DNA from: Zootoca vivipara | Lineage: Eukaryota | Assembly (NCBI RefSeq): GCF_963506605.1 | Contig: NC_083283.1 | Span: 83,762,001-83,826,000 of the forward strand | Reading direction: 5' to 3' | Length of the DNA stretch: 64,000 nucleotides | In this document: positions 11,951 to 25,137 of the stretch, in pieces | Position numbering within the stretch: position 1 is the stretch's first letter | Layout of the letters: each line of letters starts with the position of its first letter | Position numbers and translations under genes: made by a program | The notes under the pieces: model-generated | Database searches by the model: none | What the model was told of the DNA's origin: nothing | Seen by the model: only the letters and a program-made list of their open reading frames with translations

Positions 11951-13164
11951 GTCACACTTCTTTTTTTATTTCCCAGTGATATTGAAGTTATGTTTACACT
12001 ATATTGTCATCTATTAAGCCTAACTGCAGGGGCAAGAGGGGTAAAACCCAGCTCCAGCCCTAGACTGTTCCACTCCCAAGGCCAGATGAGGGGCAGTGGC
12101 TGGTGGGGAGGGGGGCTCCCTTCCCCTGGAAGCAGCCAGGCTGCCTGCAGCTGCACCCATATCCTCATAAGGAGCAATATCTGTGAAACGCAATAAAAGG
12201 ATGTGTGCCTGTATTTTAACCTTATTAATGGATGCTATTTCTAAGGGGGTAATTCTGAGCAAAGAAACAAGGCATGCTTAACTATTACCCCATCTATCAC
12301 TTCTTCACTCTAAGTTGCCTTCCCTGCCAAATGTTCCCCTCTGAATGGAGTCCCCAAAGCATTTGCCATTGCAAACATACATTTGGAATTCTGCAAGAGA
12401 GAAAACAACAGTGGGGAACAGAAAAAGCAACTGGAGGGGGAAAGAGTTAAGCACCTTCACTTGCCTTATTTTAATCCTTTCTTAAAATACACCCCAAAAA
12501 GAACAAATCGTGTCTTAGATTGACACTAAATTATGAATTAATACAGACTTAAGCTTGTCAGTGGATGTGTGTTCATTCACAATAAGTCATTCATTCACCG
12601 AACAGCAGTTCTCCCTTGGCTATGACAGCTACAAAGGACATTAAAGGAGGACATTAAAACAGAGTGGTAATATCTGAAGTAAAGCTTTGAAGTCTACAAA
12701 TCTTTGAGCAGCATTTGCCTTGGAATCAACAGAACAAAAATGCACAGAAATGGATAAAAAAATTCTTAGGTGCCTTATTAGGTGGTTGCAGTTAATGACG
12801 GAAGAATGAGCTCAGCCATCTATCAGCTATGAAAAATAATGAATCGAGAGATGAATTAACAAATTTAAAAATTAAGCCCGCTATATAATTTCCCATTTCA
12901 GCAAAACAAAAAAAGTCCCACATTATCTAAGCAACACCATAAACAAGTATTGCAAATTTCACTTTGAAACAGAGTTGTACAAAGTAAATGCAAAATTGTT
13001 TAAAATTAATCATAATAACCCCCCAAAAGACACGCTTGGGGGGAACCAGGAATCTCATTCTCTAAGACAATTTCAATGGGAAAATTTACTTTTTATGTTG
13101 CTAGTGACTCCACATGATAACACATCAGAAAAATTAAAGAAAGCAAACTTTCATTACATCTCAC

Positions 13165-15534
13165 CTGCCCAGATATATTTGGGACCAGCTCCTTTCCATT
13201 CTGCAGTTCCCCATTCTCTGAAAAGACTGGTACGTTGGGGGTAAAAACCATGAGGTCATTCCTGGCACCAGCCTCCCCAGCTGGAGCTGCCAGGATGTGG
13301 CTGTGGCGATTTGAATAGGACCAGGTGCCCACTTCGCTGGCACAAACCAGTGTGGCTGTGCCAGGGCCATACATCACGGGCTCCTTGGGTTGACACTGGC
13401 ATCGCAGAGCCATGTATACTATAATCACAAGCAGGAACAAGCTGGACACCGAACAAATAGCGATGATCAGGTAGATATTGGAGTTGTCCGCCAAGGATCC
13501 TGAGTTCACTCCCAACATGGGAAGCCAGGTATCAGTGCGAACAGCCTGAGCACTTGATATCAGTGATACACTGAATGTGACTGTGGCTGACAACACTGGT
13601 TTGCCATGATCCTTCACTACTATCACCAGATTCTGGCTGCTGCCGCCTTCTGTCTCATCCAGGGCTTGGGTTGTACTGATCTCACCACTGTATAACCCAA
13701 CGCGCCAAAGACCACTTTTGGCATCATGCAATTCATAGCGCAGCCATGCATTGTAGCCTGAGTCAGCATCCAAGGCACGGATCTTTCCCACTACATGTCC
13801 AGCTTCCAGTGGGACTGTCAGCAAGATGGGAGCCTCCTCTGGTTCAGACACTGCTGGTGCATTATCATTATCATCCACCACAAAGACCTGAATAGTCACA
13901 TTGCCACATAGGGAAGGCAGCCCAGCATCCTTGGCCCTCACTTGGAACTCCAGCAGCTTCAGCTCCTCGTAGTCCAAGGGTTGCAAGGCATAGACCTTCC
14001 CACTCTCTGAATGCACCGAGATGTAGCTTGTCAGTGGCCAAAGCTTGTCATCCATCCAGTAGCTAACCAGAGCATTCTCAGCCACATCTAGGTCTGAGGC
14101 AGACACCGTGAAGATGTGAGCACCCGGTGGGTTGTTCTCCTTCACAAAGACCATGTAGGAGGGCTGTGCAAATGTAGGCGCATTGTCATTCACATCACTG
14201 ATGGGCACAACCAGACTGCTGCTGGTTGACAGCAATGGCTCCCCTTGATCTTGTGCCATCACCAACAGTCTGTATTCAGCTACTTTCTCCCGATCCAGAG
14301 GCTGAGCTATCACCAGTGAATAATAATTCTTGAAGTTGGACATCAGCTTGAAGGGGAGCCCAGGTGGCCACAAGGAGCAGCTTACTTGCCCATTGGCACC
14401 AACATCTCTGTCAGAAATGCTGAGCAGGGCCACCACTGTCCCTAGTGGGGAGTCCTCTGGCACCGGCACCGACAGTGATGAGACTGATATCTCAGGAGCA
14501 TTGTCATTCACATCCAAGACCTCAATCAGGACTTTACAATGTCCTTTCATTGGTGGGGAGCCTTTGTCTGTTGCCTCTACCCCAATTTCACCTAACTTAA
14601 TGCTTTCAAAATCAAGTTCTCCATTTAATATGATTTGTCCATTGCTTGAATCTAAACTAATCAGTGCACCTAAATTCTGTGGGTTAACACTTCGAATGGA
14701 ATATATAATGTCTTTGTTAATTCCTTCATCGAGATCTGTTGCATTGAGACAGATTATTAATGTTCCTAATTTTGCATTTTCAAAAACTTTAACTTGATAC
14801 ACAGACTGATTAAAAACGGGTGCATTATCATTTGTATCCAGCACACTGATTAGCAACTGAGCTGTGCCAGTTTGCTCTGGTTTCCCTCCATCAGTGGCCG
14901 TAAGCAATAAATTGTATACGTGAGTTAATTCTCGATCAAGAGGTTTCTTTAACACAAGAACTAAAGACTCACCATGCTTCTCATTGTTTTGAACATCCAA
15001 GGTGAAATACTCATTGGGACTGAGTTTGTAGCTGAGATGAGCGTTTGAACCGATATCGTCATCAGAAGCTCCCTCTAGTGGGAAGGATGAACCTGGAAGT
15101 CTAGATTCAGGAACATTCAGGTTTTGCCCAGCAGCTGGGAATATAGGAGCATTGTCATTGATATCCTTGATCTCTACTTCCACATGAAAGACTCTCAAGG
15201 GTTTATCCAGGATCACCTCCAGGTGAATCATGCATACAAGGATCTTGGCGCACATCTCTTCTCGATCTATCCTGGAATTAACAAATAAAATTCCATTTTG
15301 GACATTTACCTCTAAGTAGTCCTCATGGCCTTGGGATATCATCCGGAACATCCGAGGCATAAGCTCCTCCACCTGCAGCCCCAGATCCTGGGCAATGCGG
15401 CCCACAAAGGTGCCATGCTGGGATTCTTCCAGGACAGAGTAATGGAGCTGCCCACTCCCCATCAACCAGACTCTGTGGATTAGAATCAGCTGCAGCAGCC
15501 AGCTCTTCACCAGGGGGCATTGGTTCAAAGACAT
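13165..15534 (-). CDS. PCDHA: Protocadherin-alpha variable exon V1 (signal peptide, EC1-EC6, TM, variable cytoplasmic domain; 790 codons, spliced to constant exons outside the window)
   Basis: ATG at 15534. Pcdha N-terminus [25 protein letters not shown], DxNDNAP/LDRE cadherin motifs, EC1 C-X5-[22 protein letters not shown] and DLMVF motifs. Donor CAG|GTGAGA at 13165/13164. Paralog number cannot be assigned. Confidence 0.95.
15068..15081 (-). promoter_or_regulatory. Exonic CTCF-like site (eCBS candidate) in V1
   Basis: CCACTAGAGGGAGC within the F-P-L-E-G-A codons, same orientation as the CSE and ~650 bp from it. Confidence 0.7.
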
Positions 15535-15729
15535 TGTAACGGTAGGTTTTATCCCTGCTTTGGGGAAAAATTAATCCACTCTCCAGCGTCAGCATAAAAT
15601 GGTGGGGAATAGGCAACTGTTACGCTGCAGTTATCCATGCCATCACCCTGAGCTTCTTGCAGTCTCTTGTTCTTTCTGAATTGCTGGGAGGGGCTTTGCC
15701 TGAAAAGAGTATTTTGATTTTCAGTGGGT

Positions 15730-15745
15730 AGCGACATCTTGTGAC
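15730..15745 (-). promoter_or_regulatory. CSE / promoter CTCF site of V1
   Basis: Minus strand GTCACAAGATGTCGCT fits the CTCF core, contains the CGCT box and lies ~200 bp upstream of the ATG. Confidence 0.85.
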
Positions 15746-15968
15746 AATTGGTATAAATGCCACACAGGTATTTTATTTTAAATTTTCCTCAATTCTTAGA
15801 TTAATTTCATTATTACCTTCTGAAATATATGTGTAGTTCATTGCTATTATTTTCTGGTGTTTTTCCTTGCAAAGTTAACTTGTGTTTTTTGGGGTATATA
15901 ATTTTAATACCTATGAATAATCATAGTAGAATCAAACAATTAGGTAGATTACATGTTGGTTTCAATTA

Positions 15969-16289
15969 CAGTGGTACCTCGGTTTACAAACACAATTGGT
16001 TCCGGAAGTCTGTACTTAACCTGAAGCGTACTTAACCTGAAGCGAACTTTCCCATTGAAAGTAATGGAAAGTGGATTAATCTGTTCCAGACGGGTCCGTG
16101 GAGTACTCAACTTGAAGCGTACTTAACCCGAGGTATGAGTGTAATTGGTTCCGGAAGTCCGTACTTAACCTGAAGCGAACTTTCCCATTGAAAGTAATGG
16201 AAAGTGGATTAATCCGTTCCAGACAGGTCCGCGGAGTACTTAAACTGAAAATACTCAAACCGAGGCGTACTTAAACCGAGGTATGACGG
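15969..16289. mobile_element. Tc1/mariner (Tigger-like) MITE with internal duplication
   Basis: TA|CAGTGGTACCTCGG ... CCGAGGTATGACGG|TA imperfect TIRs; a ~100-bp internal block is duplicated. Confidence 0.8.
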
Positions 16290-17085
16290 TATCCAAAATA
16301 GAGCTCAGTCAGAGTATTGTGGCTTCCACAGGTTATATTTTCAGCTACTTACATTAGAAGACTTTTATGCTGCTATCACAAGACATACCACACTGTTGAA
16401 AAGTTTACATTGTATAGGTCTGTGATACTGAGTCAACTGCATTCCTTCAGAAGAGATCAACTAGGCATTACTTCTGGGACCACCATGTCTAGCAGTCTTC
16501 TCTCCTTTGCCTAATCACATGAGCTGACACATGAAAAAAAAAAGGCAGAGAACATTGGAAAAACCCTGCTGGATCCAACTCAAAATTATTTTAGAACCTC
16601 AAACTAGGGACGCAGCCCAGAACTTGCAACCCAGCCTATTCCATCTTGCCAGGTATAATCACTGAGAGCCAAAAAGCTAATACAGAAATTGCTAGACAAA
16701 GGCTACGTACACGACATACATTTAAAGCATGTGACTTCCCCCCCCAAATTCTAAAAACTGTAGTTTCCACCCCCAAGCTACAATTTCCAGTGCCCTTAAC
16801 TTTCTAACCACTACACCACATTGACTGACTGGAAAATTAGTGTTCCTTCCCTTTAAAAAAAATAATCATAAAAAAGAAATAGCTCTATCCTATATTCAAT
16901 CGGACAATAGTTTTAAGGCTATTATTGAGCCATTATTTGCATCCTCCTGCACTTATGCACTACAGTGGTAAAAAGAATACAACAGTACTGGGGAAGTAAC
17001 TAGTTAATAATTGTATCGTCCCCAAGCAGCAGGGCAAGAAGAACTACCCCTCCTTGACGTTTGCGTTATTGATAAGATGGCTGAT

Positions 17086-17338
17086 AGCTGAGGCTCCAAT
17101 ACTTTGGCCACCTCATGAGAAGAGAAGACTCCCTGGAAAAGACCCTGATGTTGGGAAAGATTGAGGGCACTAGGAGAAGGGGACGACAGAGGACGAGATG
17201 GTTGGTCAGTGTTCTCGAAGCTACCAACATGAGTTTGACCAAACTGCGGGAGGCAGTGCAAGACAGGAGTGCCTGGCGTGCTCTGGTCCATGGGGTCACG
17301 GAAGTCGGACACGACTAAACGACTAAACAACAACAACA
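17086..17338 (+). mobile_element. Bov-B (RTE) LINE 3' end
   Basis: Encodes YFGHLMRREDSLEKTLMLGKIEGTRRRGRQRTRW...WRALVHGVT, followed by a (CAA)n tail. Confidence 0.9.
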
Positions 17339-18801
17339 CCATGCTTCATTAGAAAGTAGCAATGCCTGCTTTTACTCCCAACCCACTACTGCAGCACATA
17401 CACGTGACTGCCTTGCTGCTGGCCTATTATTTATTTATTTATTACTATTTTGAAATATTTATATGCAACTTGTCCCAGAAACGTTTATACCCACCAACAT
17501 TTCTCCACTGAAAATAAGGGGATCCAAAGGAAAAGCAGGACATTCCAGGATCAATTCCGGGATCAAATCAGAAACCAGGATGGCTGCTGTAAATCCTGGA
17601 CTGTCCCTTGAACATAGGGACACTTGGAGGGTCTGAAATTGTTGCCTACAGATCAATAAAGAGCTCAGGAATGTCCTTTTTCTTTTGTTACAGCACAGCA
17701 GTGGGGGATTTTTTAAAAAAGTTATGTCGGGGGAGGGGGAATCCCATGTTGCTTGGCTTTAGCTAAGAAACCTCCAGAGTTCTTCAGAACATTGCAGGCA
17801 TTGTTGGAGACAGACTCCCATTATAAGGCCTATCAGAGAACACAAACAAGCATTGGAAAAGCATGTGTAAAGCTGCAAGGTTTTTTTTTAAAAAAGCATT
17901 CAAGAATACACAGCAGTCAGTCACCTCTTAATTATTTTAAGGTAAGAAAGAGCGAGAGCTAAACACCTGAGCGCACACATGTCAATGGGATTATGGAGGA
18001 AACTGAATCCCTTTTACTTCCACCACAAACAGCCCCTGAAACTACAGTATCTGCAATTTGGCAGGTTTGATCCATTGGGGGTGCGGGGCTCCTGCACCTG
18101 AAACTTTCATCCACCTTGGCCAAAAAAAGTAAAGTTGTAGCCATTTTTAGATTTTCTATTATAGTGAATGTGGAACAGAGAGGCTTGTTTTATACAGAGC
18201 AGCTCCAACCAACTCAAATTACAGATCAAATCAGAGAGAACAGAGAGCGACTCAAAAACAGATCAGAATTTTCAAGAATGCCAGAATAGATACTTGGTAT
18301 CATGGAGGCCATGCAGACCCCTCTTATCTGCCACCTCAGAGGCTCAGACATCCAGCCCAGATCTCACTGATTTAACTGGCGAGGATGTGCACAGATCAAG
18401 CAAACTTCTTCCCTATGACCACCTGTATGTGCCTGACAAGCGTAAAATAATATTTGCACCAAGTGTTTTCATTGGTAGATGAATCAATTAAAGCTATAGT
18501 CCTCTGCACATTTCCTGGGGGTACGCCCCATCCAACATGGTGTAACTTTCTGTTATTGCTGTTGAACAAACATGTTTAGGATTGCACTGAACAAAATGTT
18601 AATTTAGCCGAGAAGAGCAGTTTTAGTGTGAGATAAAATTTTAACCAAGAGCAATAGGCATCCTCTTTTTATTTTATGACGCTGTTTTAGTTTTGGTGTG
18701 ATGCTGTACATAGAAAATGAAGAAGACACAACTGTAAATGGATTTGCCTTCTAACACTCTTGTCAGTCACCCTGAGTCCCTGTCAGGGAAAAAGGTGGGA
18801 T

Positions 18802-18802
<1 letters not shown>

Positions 18803-18852
<50 letters not shown>
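18803..18852. repeat. (CAA)n microsatellite
   Basis: Perfect trinucleotide run, probably a retroposon tail. Confidence 0.9.
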
Positions 18853-19446
18853 CCCAGTGGTAGGTGCTGTTTATTAAATTGTAAGTTGTCATATATTTGT
18901 AAGTTATTGTAAGTTACCGTATACTTTCTTCCTTATCTCAATCAGGCATTTACCTGTATACAATATTGAGCTTTTTCTTTTAAATGTGGTTGTGACTGTA
19001 TTTTAATTAGGTATATTCCAAAGTGATTTCTTTTTTACTTAATGCACACCAAATAAAAATTCAGATATACTTTTACGTTTACTTTATTATCAGCGGCAAG
19101 AAAGTTGGTTAAAGGTGGCTTAAGGAAACTGGGAGATTTTATTCAGCGAGGGTATATTCACAAAAATATCTAGACAGGAGTATAAACTAGAGATTATGGG
19201 CCTCTAATAATACAGTCCTTTACATGGCTACCCAGAACTAATCCCTATGTAGTTCGATTGGACTTATTCCCAGGTAAGTGAATTTGGCATGTAGTCTCTG
19301 GTGTTTCCTTAAATGGTCCAGTTCTGTGTGTGTTTGAAAAACCGTATTCAAAATTATTTCTGCAATCAAATGAGAAAATCCATCCTGTTTGTTCTGCTGG
19401 ATCCCTTTGCAGCTTAGGCACTATTGGCCATGGTATCCTTCTGGAC

Positions 19447-19582
19447 CAGGCATCCCCAAACTGCGGCCCTCCAGATATTTTGGCCTACAACTCCCATGAT
19501 CCCTAGCTAACAGGACCAGTGGTCGGGGAAGATGGGAATTGTAGTCCAAAACATCTGGAGGGCCGAAGTTTGGGGATGCCTG
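19447..19582. mobile_element. hAT-family MITE (136 bp)
   Basis: CAGGCATCCCCAAACT TIRs; 8-bp TSD TTCTGGAC at 19439-19446 and 19583-19590. Confidence 0.9.
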
Positions 19583-19639
19583 TTCTGGACTGCCTGGCTG
19601 TGATGAGTTTGAAAGGCATTGTTTTACAGTAGTTCTGTT

Positions 19640-20420
19640 TCTTCTTATAGGGAAGGTTTCAGAACATGGTGCTGGGGGACTCCTGTTTAGGTCTTTGGCC
19701 AATGGCCTATAGTGTGTCTGTCAAAATTCCACATTGTTTCCTCACATTTCATGAAACTGCTGGGTCAGGTGTCCAGGAGTTTGAGGGTTCATTATCACCA
19801 ATATGCTGATGACACCCAACTCTATTTCTTTTTTCCGTTTAAATCCAAGGAAACTGCCTTCCAAATTAGTGTCTGATATTAGTAATGGACTGGAAGATGG
19901 TACAAAAACCGTAGATTCAGCCAGGCAATAGAAAAGGCAAGCTGGAGAAATGGGGTTCAGCCTGCCTTGGATGTAGTTGTACAGTACTTTGCTTGAAGAC
20001 TCAGCTTTGCAGTTTGGTTACACTCCAGGATTCAGTCCTGAATCTGAATGCTCAGATTTTGGTGGTGGACCTGGTTATCTGAAACATTATATTCTTCCAT
20101 ATGAGCCTGCACAAATTTTAGGATCTTCAAGAGAGGGCTTTTTTTTTGCCTCACCAACATCTGAAGCACATTGTGTAGAAACCCAAAAGATGTACCCAGT
20201 GGCTACTCCCAGGCTCCCTCTTTCAGTGACACATTCACGATTTCCTGGAGTGTACCCATAATATATTGATGGGAAGATATTATACGTGAGGAAGAGCAAA
20301 AATTGTGAAGTCACACTATTTTTGTTGCTGTTGTATGCATGCTCGTGTGCATTTTAACACTTTACCTTTGTGAGCCACCCCAAAAACTGTGCTAATGGGT
20401 GGTCAATATAAATACAGTAA
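19640..20420 (+). mobile_element. Decayed L2 LINE fragment
   Basis: caatatgctgatgacacccaactctat encodes QYADDTQLY, the RT catalytic motif. A separate minus-strand L2 piece follows at ~20520-20850. Confidence 0.65.
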
Positions 20421-21419
20421 AATTTTAAATAACTAAATTAAAACTCCAAGCAACCTTTCAGCATCCTTAGACTATAATAAATGGAACACATCTACACAAT
20501 ATCGGCAAGACCATAGAAGAACAGCTAATTTACGAAACTCAACACCACAGCCATATCAGTACAAACATGAGCAATTTTATCCTTGAGGTGTTTAGCAAAA
20601 AATATTGCCAGAGGTTGCTGAGGCGTCATAAGTTCTGTCTGAAAGCCCACATGAAGCACCTTTCTCACCACATGAAACAGATGTGCTGGACACAGATGTG
20701 CACGGTGATGGGAAAATAATTGCTTTGTTACTATATCTGCCACAGAGTACAGTAAGTTCTAAGATGAGCTCCAGAAAAATGAGGGACCTAAATGGACTTG
20801 AGGTGGTGGGAGATGGCACAAACTGACCAGGGATTCGACAGAACCACCTGCCATGTCATGAGGAAAGTCTCCAAAAATGAAACAGAAACCATTCAGAGCC
20901 TCCTCTTTCTGAAGGTGGACCATCTAAACTGGTCCTTCATTCCTGTGTAGGTTTGAGGGATGGTTTGAGGTTTCGTTAGGATGCGTTGATAATGCTTGAT
21001 ACTTGGCCACAACTCATATGCTACACTGTTCCTTATTTTAATTCAAAAGCCAAATAACCAATATTAAACACAGTCATGCGCTGATTGTCCAAATACTCTG
21101 AACAGAAAGAGAAGCCTGTTTCAGGGGTATTCTTGCTTCCAACAGCAGCAAAAACACTGGCTGTTTTTACATCCAAAAGATCACCTTCACAGGTATAACT
21201 GCTATCAGGCCAATGGCATTTGCCTATAAAATAAGAATAACACTACCTCCACCCCTGCAACATTCTCATTAAAGTCTACCAAAAATCATAAGTGTGAATC
21301 AAAGAAATACTTTTAATTATTGAAAAGTCAAATACCAAACCGTGTCACACAAGCCAAAACATAATAGGTATTTCATAGTAGTAGTTTCATTGATCATAGG
21401 ATCAATTCTCATAACTCAC

Positions 21420-23789
21420 CTGCTCAGATGAATTTGGAACTGGTTCCTTCACAATTCCCACTTGCCCATTTCCCACACAGGCTGGAATGCTGGGGCTGAA
21501 GACCATGAGGTCACTCTTGGCACCAGCCTCCCCACCCATGCCCGCCAGAAGATAGCTGTGACGATTTGAATATGACCAGCTGCCCACTTCGCTGGCGCGG
21601 ACTAGCGTGGCTGTCCCAGGACCGTACACCATGGCCTCCTTGGCCTGGCAACGGCATCGCAGCGCCATGTATACTATGATCGCCAGCAGGAACAAGCTGG
21701 ACACCGAGCAGATAGCAATGATCAAGTAAACATTGGCATTTTCCATCAGTGACTTTGGACTGCCTCCCTTCCTTGAAAGGTGAGCATCGCCATGGACAGC
21801 CTGGGAATTCATCACCATGGACACACTCAAAGTAGCTGTGGATGTCAAAGCTGGCTTGCCATGGTCCTTTACTAGTACGAGAAGTCTTTGGCTGTAGCTG
21901 CCCTCTGTGTCATCCAGGGAATGTGTGGTGCTGATCTCCCCACTGTATAATCCCACACGCCAAGGGCTGCTGATTGCCTCGTGCATCTCATAGCGCAGCC
22001 ATGCATTGTAGCCAGAGTCAGCATCCATGGCATGGATCTTGCCCACCACCTGTCCAGCAGCCACAGGAACAGTCAAAGAGATGGGAACCACTTCTGTCCC
22101 ATACACTACAGGAGTGTTATCATTCTCGTCCACCACAAAGACTTGCACCGTCACATTGCCACACAAGGAGGGCAGCCCAGCATCCTTGGCCCTCACTTGG
22201 AACTCCAGCAGCTTCACCTCCTCGTAGTCCAAGGGCTGAAGAGCATAGAGCTTCCCACTTTCTGAGTGCACCGAGATGTAGCTCGACAGGGGCCAGAGCT
22301 TCTCGTCCAGCCAGTAGCTGATCAGGCTGTTCTCAGCCACGTCGGGATCCGAGGCAGACACTGTGAAGATGTGAGCACCGGGTGGGTTGTTCTCCTTCAC
22401 AAAGACTGTGTAGGAAGGCTGAGCAAAAGCAGGTGCATTGTCATTCACATCACTGATTGGCACCACCAAGGTGCTGGCGGCTGACAGTGATGGAGTCCCT
22501 TGGTCCTGGGCAGTCACTACCAGCCTATACTCAACCTCTTGTTCCCTATCCAGGGGCTGAGCTAGCAACAGTGAATAATAATTCTTGAAGGTGGAAAGTA
22601 GCTTGAAGGGGGTTCCAAGTGGCCATAAGGAAGTGCTCACCTGTCCATTGGCATCAATATCCCTGTCTGATATGCTTATCAGGGCCACCACCATCCCCAG
22701 AGGGGAGTCCTCTGGAACAGGTACCAGCAGGGACGTCACTGAAATTTCAGGTGCATTATCATTCACATCTAGAACCTCAATCAAAACTTTGCAATGCCCT
22801 GATAATGGGGGATTCCCCATGTCTTTGGCCTCAACTTGTATTTCATAAAAATTCTTGTCTTCAAAATCCAGATTTCCTTTCACGTGAATCTCACCAGTCT
22901 TTTGATCAAGTACGAACTTCTCTTTTCCATTTGCAGGAGAAAAAGTGTTTGATGTATATGTGATCTCCTTATTTGTTCCCTCATCTAAATCGGTAGCATT
23001 TAGCTTAATTACTAATAGCCCATTATCTGAGTTTTCTAATAAATGGACTTTGTAAACTGACTGGTTAAAAACAGGAGGATTGTCATTTGCGTCTAGCACT
23101 TTGATTATCAGCTGGACTGTGCCAGTGAGCTGGGGCTGGCCTCCATCCACTGCTGTGAGTAAAAGATGGTGAGCTGCACATTCTTCTCTATCAAGAGGTT
23201 TGTTTAAAACAAGAAATAAAGATGCACCACGTTCATGATTTTCTATTGTCTCTAGACTGAAATGTGGATTTGTGCTAAGTCTGTAGCTGAGTACTGAGTT
23301 TGCACTGATGTCTGCATCAGAGGCTCCCTCTAGAGGAAAACGTGAATCACGAGAGGTATACTCTGCAATAGTAAATTGCTTTTCTGTTACAGGGAAAATG
23401 GGGGCATTGTCATTTATGTCGGTGATCTCCACTTCCACATGGAAAACCTTCAGAGGTTTATCTACAAGGGCCTCCAGGTGAATAACACACACAGCACTCC
23501 TGTCACACAACTCCTCCCTGTCAATCCGGGAATTCACAAATAAAATCCCATTCTGCACATTTACCTCAAAATAGTCCTCCTGTCCTTTGGACACCATTCG
23601 GAACAGCCGAGGCACCAGCTCTCCCACTTCCAGCCCCAAGTCCTGGGCGATGCGGCCCACAAAGGTGCCATGCTGGGATTCCTCTGGCACAGAATAATGG
23701 AGCTGGCCGCTCCCCATTTCCCAGGCTGTGTGGAGCAAAACCAGCTGCAGTAGACATCTCCTTACAGAATTTGTCTTCCATGCAAGCAT
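21420..23789 (-). CDS. PCDHA: Protocadherin-alpha variable exon V2 (790 codons)
   Basis: The ORF-track start at 23876 is TTG; the first ATG is 23789 (MLAWKTNS...). Six cadherin repeats and TM. Donor CAG|GTGAGT at 21420/21419. Confidence 0.95.
23323..23336 (-). promoter_or_regulatory. Exonic CTCF-like site (eCBS candidate) in V2
   Basis: CCTCTAGAGGGAGC in the PLEGA codons. Confidence 0.6.
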
Positions 23790-24021
23790 GACAAACTCAG
23801 CTGCAAATCCCAGCAATGTCTTTCTTGCCTTTTTTTTCGAGGAAGTGATGAGCAGAGTCCCAGACGTTTCCTCCAAACCAATGGCTAAGAGATCAGTTGA
23901 CTCTGGTATGGCAGCTAATGTTTGAAGTCTCTGCTATGAATTTGACAGACAGGATATTCAGCACATTTGAGGGAGGAGCTCTGAATTTTCAGTCTTCCTA
24001 AAAAAAAACTCATTAGACAAC

Positions 24022-24037
24022 AGTGACACCTTGTGAC
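24022..24037 (-). promoter_or_regulatory. CSE / promoter CTCF site of V2
   Basis: GTCACAAGGTGTCACT (CGCT changed to CACT), preceded by CTCCAGTTC resembling the CTCF upstream module; ~230 bp upstream of the ATG. Confidence 0.8.
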
Positions 24038-25000
24038 TGAGTTTTGAACTGGAGAAGCAGACTATTTATTACCTTTTATGTTTTCAAGTAATTGTTTATA
24101 ATAATCCTGTGCCAATACATACCATTTGATACAGTTTTACTTCCAAGTAAATTCCTTAGCCTCCATTTGTCTTTCTATTCAAGTTTCATTTATTTTATTG
24201 TATTCCATTAACTCAGCTCCTTTTTGGAATCTTTCCCCCCTTTATGTCAGGTATGCACCATCACGGTCTTCATTCTTCATCTACACACTCTTAGGTGTCA
24301 TATGTACTTCCAGAAGGAAAAAAACTTCCATCTTCTTCCGAAGATTCACATGGCATTCCCTGGTAAAACTGCTGTGAACTGTCATGTCCTTTTTACTTTC
24401 CTTTTCTGGTAGAATTTTTTTGGGGGGTGGGTGGGTGGGTGGGTTGAAATGTTATCAGCTTCCCTTTTTCCAGCTCCATTGTTAGGGGTGTCTCTCACAT
24501 GAACACATGCCCCCACACAAACACACTAGACATATGAAACTGCTTTATACTGAATCAGACCATTGGCCATCCAGTCTATCATGGCCTGCTCTGATTGGCA
24601 GCATGTCTTCAGGGTCTGCAGAATAATTCATTCTCATCCACTTCTGTCTGGAATTGAGTGGGATTTTGTGCACACATCCGTATAAAGCATGAGCCTCCCA
24701 AGGATATTTGCTAGCTTCTACATTCCTTCCTTCCTCTGCTTTGCATGCAATTTGTTGTTCATTTTGTTGTCAACAAGTGAAAATGGGTTGTGAATAAAAG
24801 CTGCCCCCACCTGCCCCAGGAATACTGGTTCTTGGTTGAGTGGCTGCTTCTTTCCTTCCCTGTGGTGTCATTGCCTCTTTCCGTGTTTGCCATTGCTTAG
24901 AGGGGAGTCTAATGTTTTTATTGAAATTCAAAGGATTTTCTGGGACCAAGAAATACTGTTGCAATGGATTTCAGATTATGTAACACCAAAGGGTATAACT

Positions 25001-25137
25001 GGAGTCTCCTTCTTTGGAGGTCTTTAAGCGGAGGCTTGACAGCCATCTGTCAGGAATGCTTTGATGGTGTTTCCTGCTTGGCAGGGGGTTGGACTGGATG
25101 GCCCTTGTGGTCTCTTCCAACTTTATGATTCTATGAT
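25001..25137 (+). mobile_element. CR1 LINE 3' end
   Basis: ggagtctccttctttggaggtc...(ctatgatt)n tail; nearly identical to 59180-59315. Confidence 0.85.

Noticed and set aside
14330-14797. Recurring plus-strand ORFs antisense to the exons (also 22585, 31091, 42517, 50014, 31945, 43362, 50811, 62094)
   Set aside because: These are shadow frames of the homologous cadherin coding sequence. They recur because the exons are paralogous, mostly have non-ATG starts and show no protein features.
23790-23876. N-terminal extensions of V2, V4 (to 43769) and V5 (to 51236) in the ORF track
   Set aside because: They start at TTG/GTG; the downstream ATGs give normal signal peptides.
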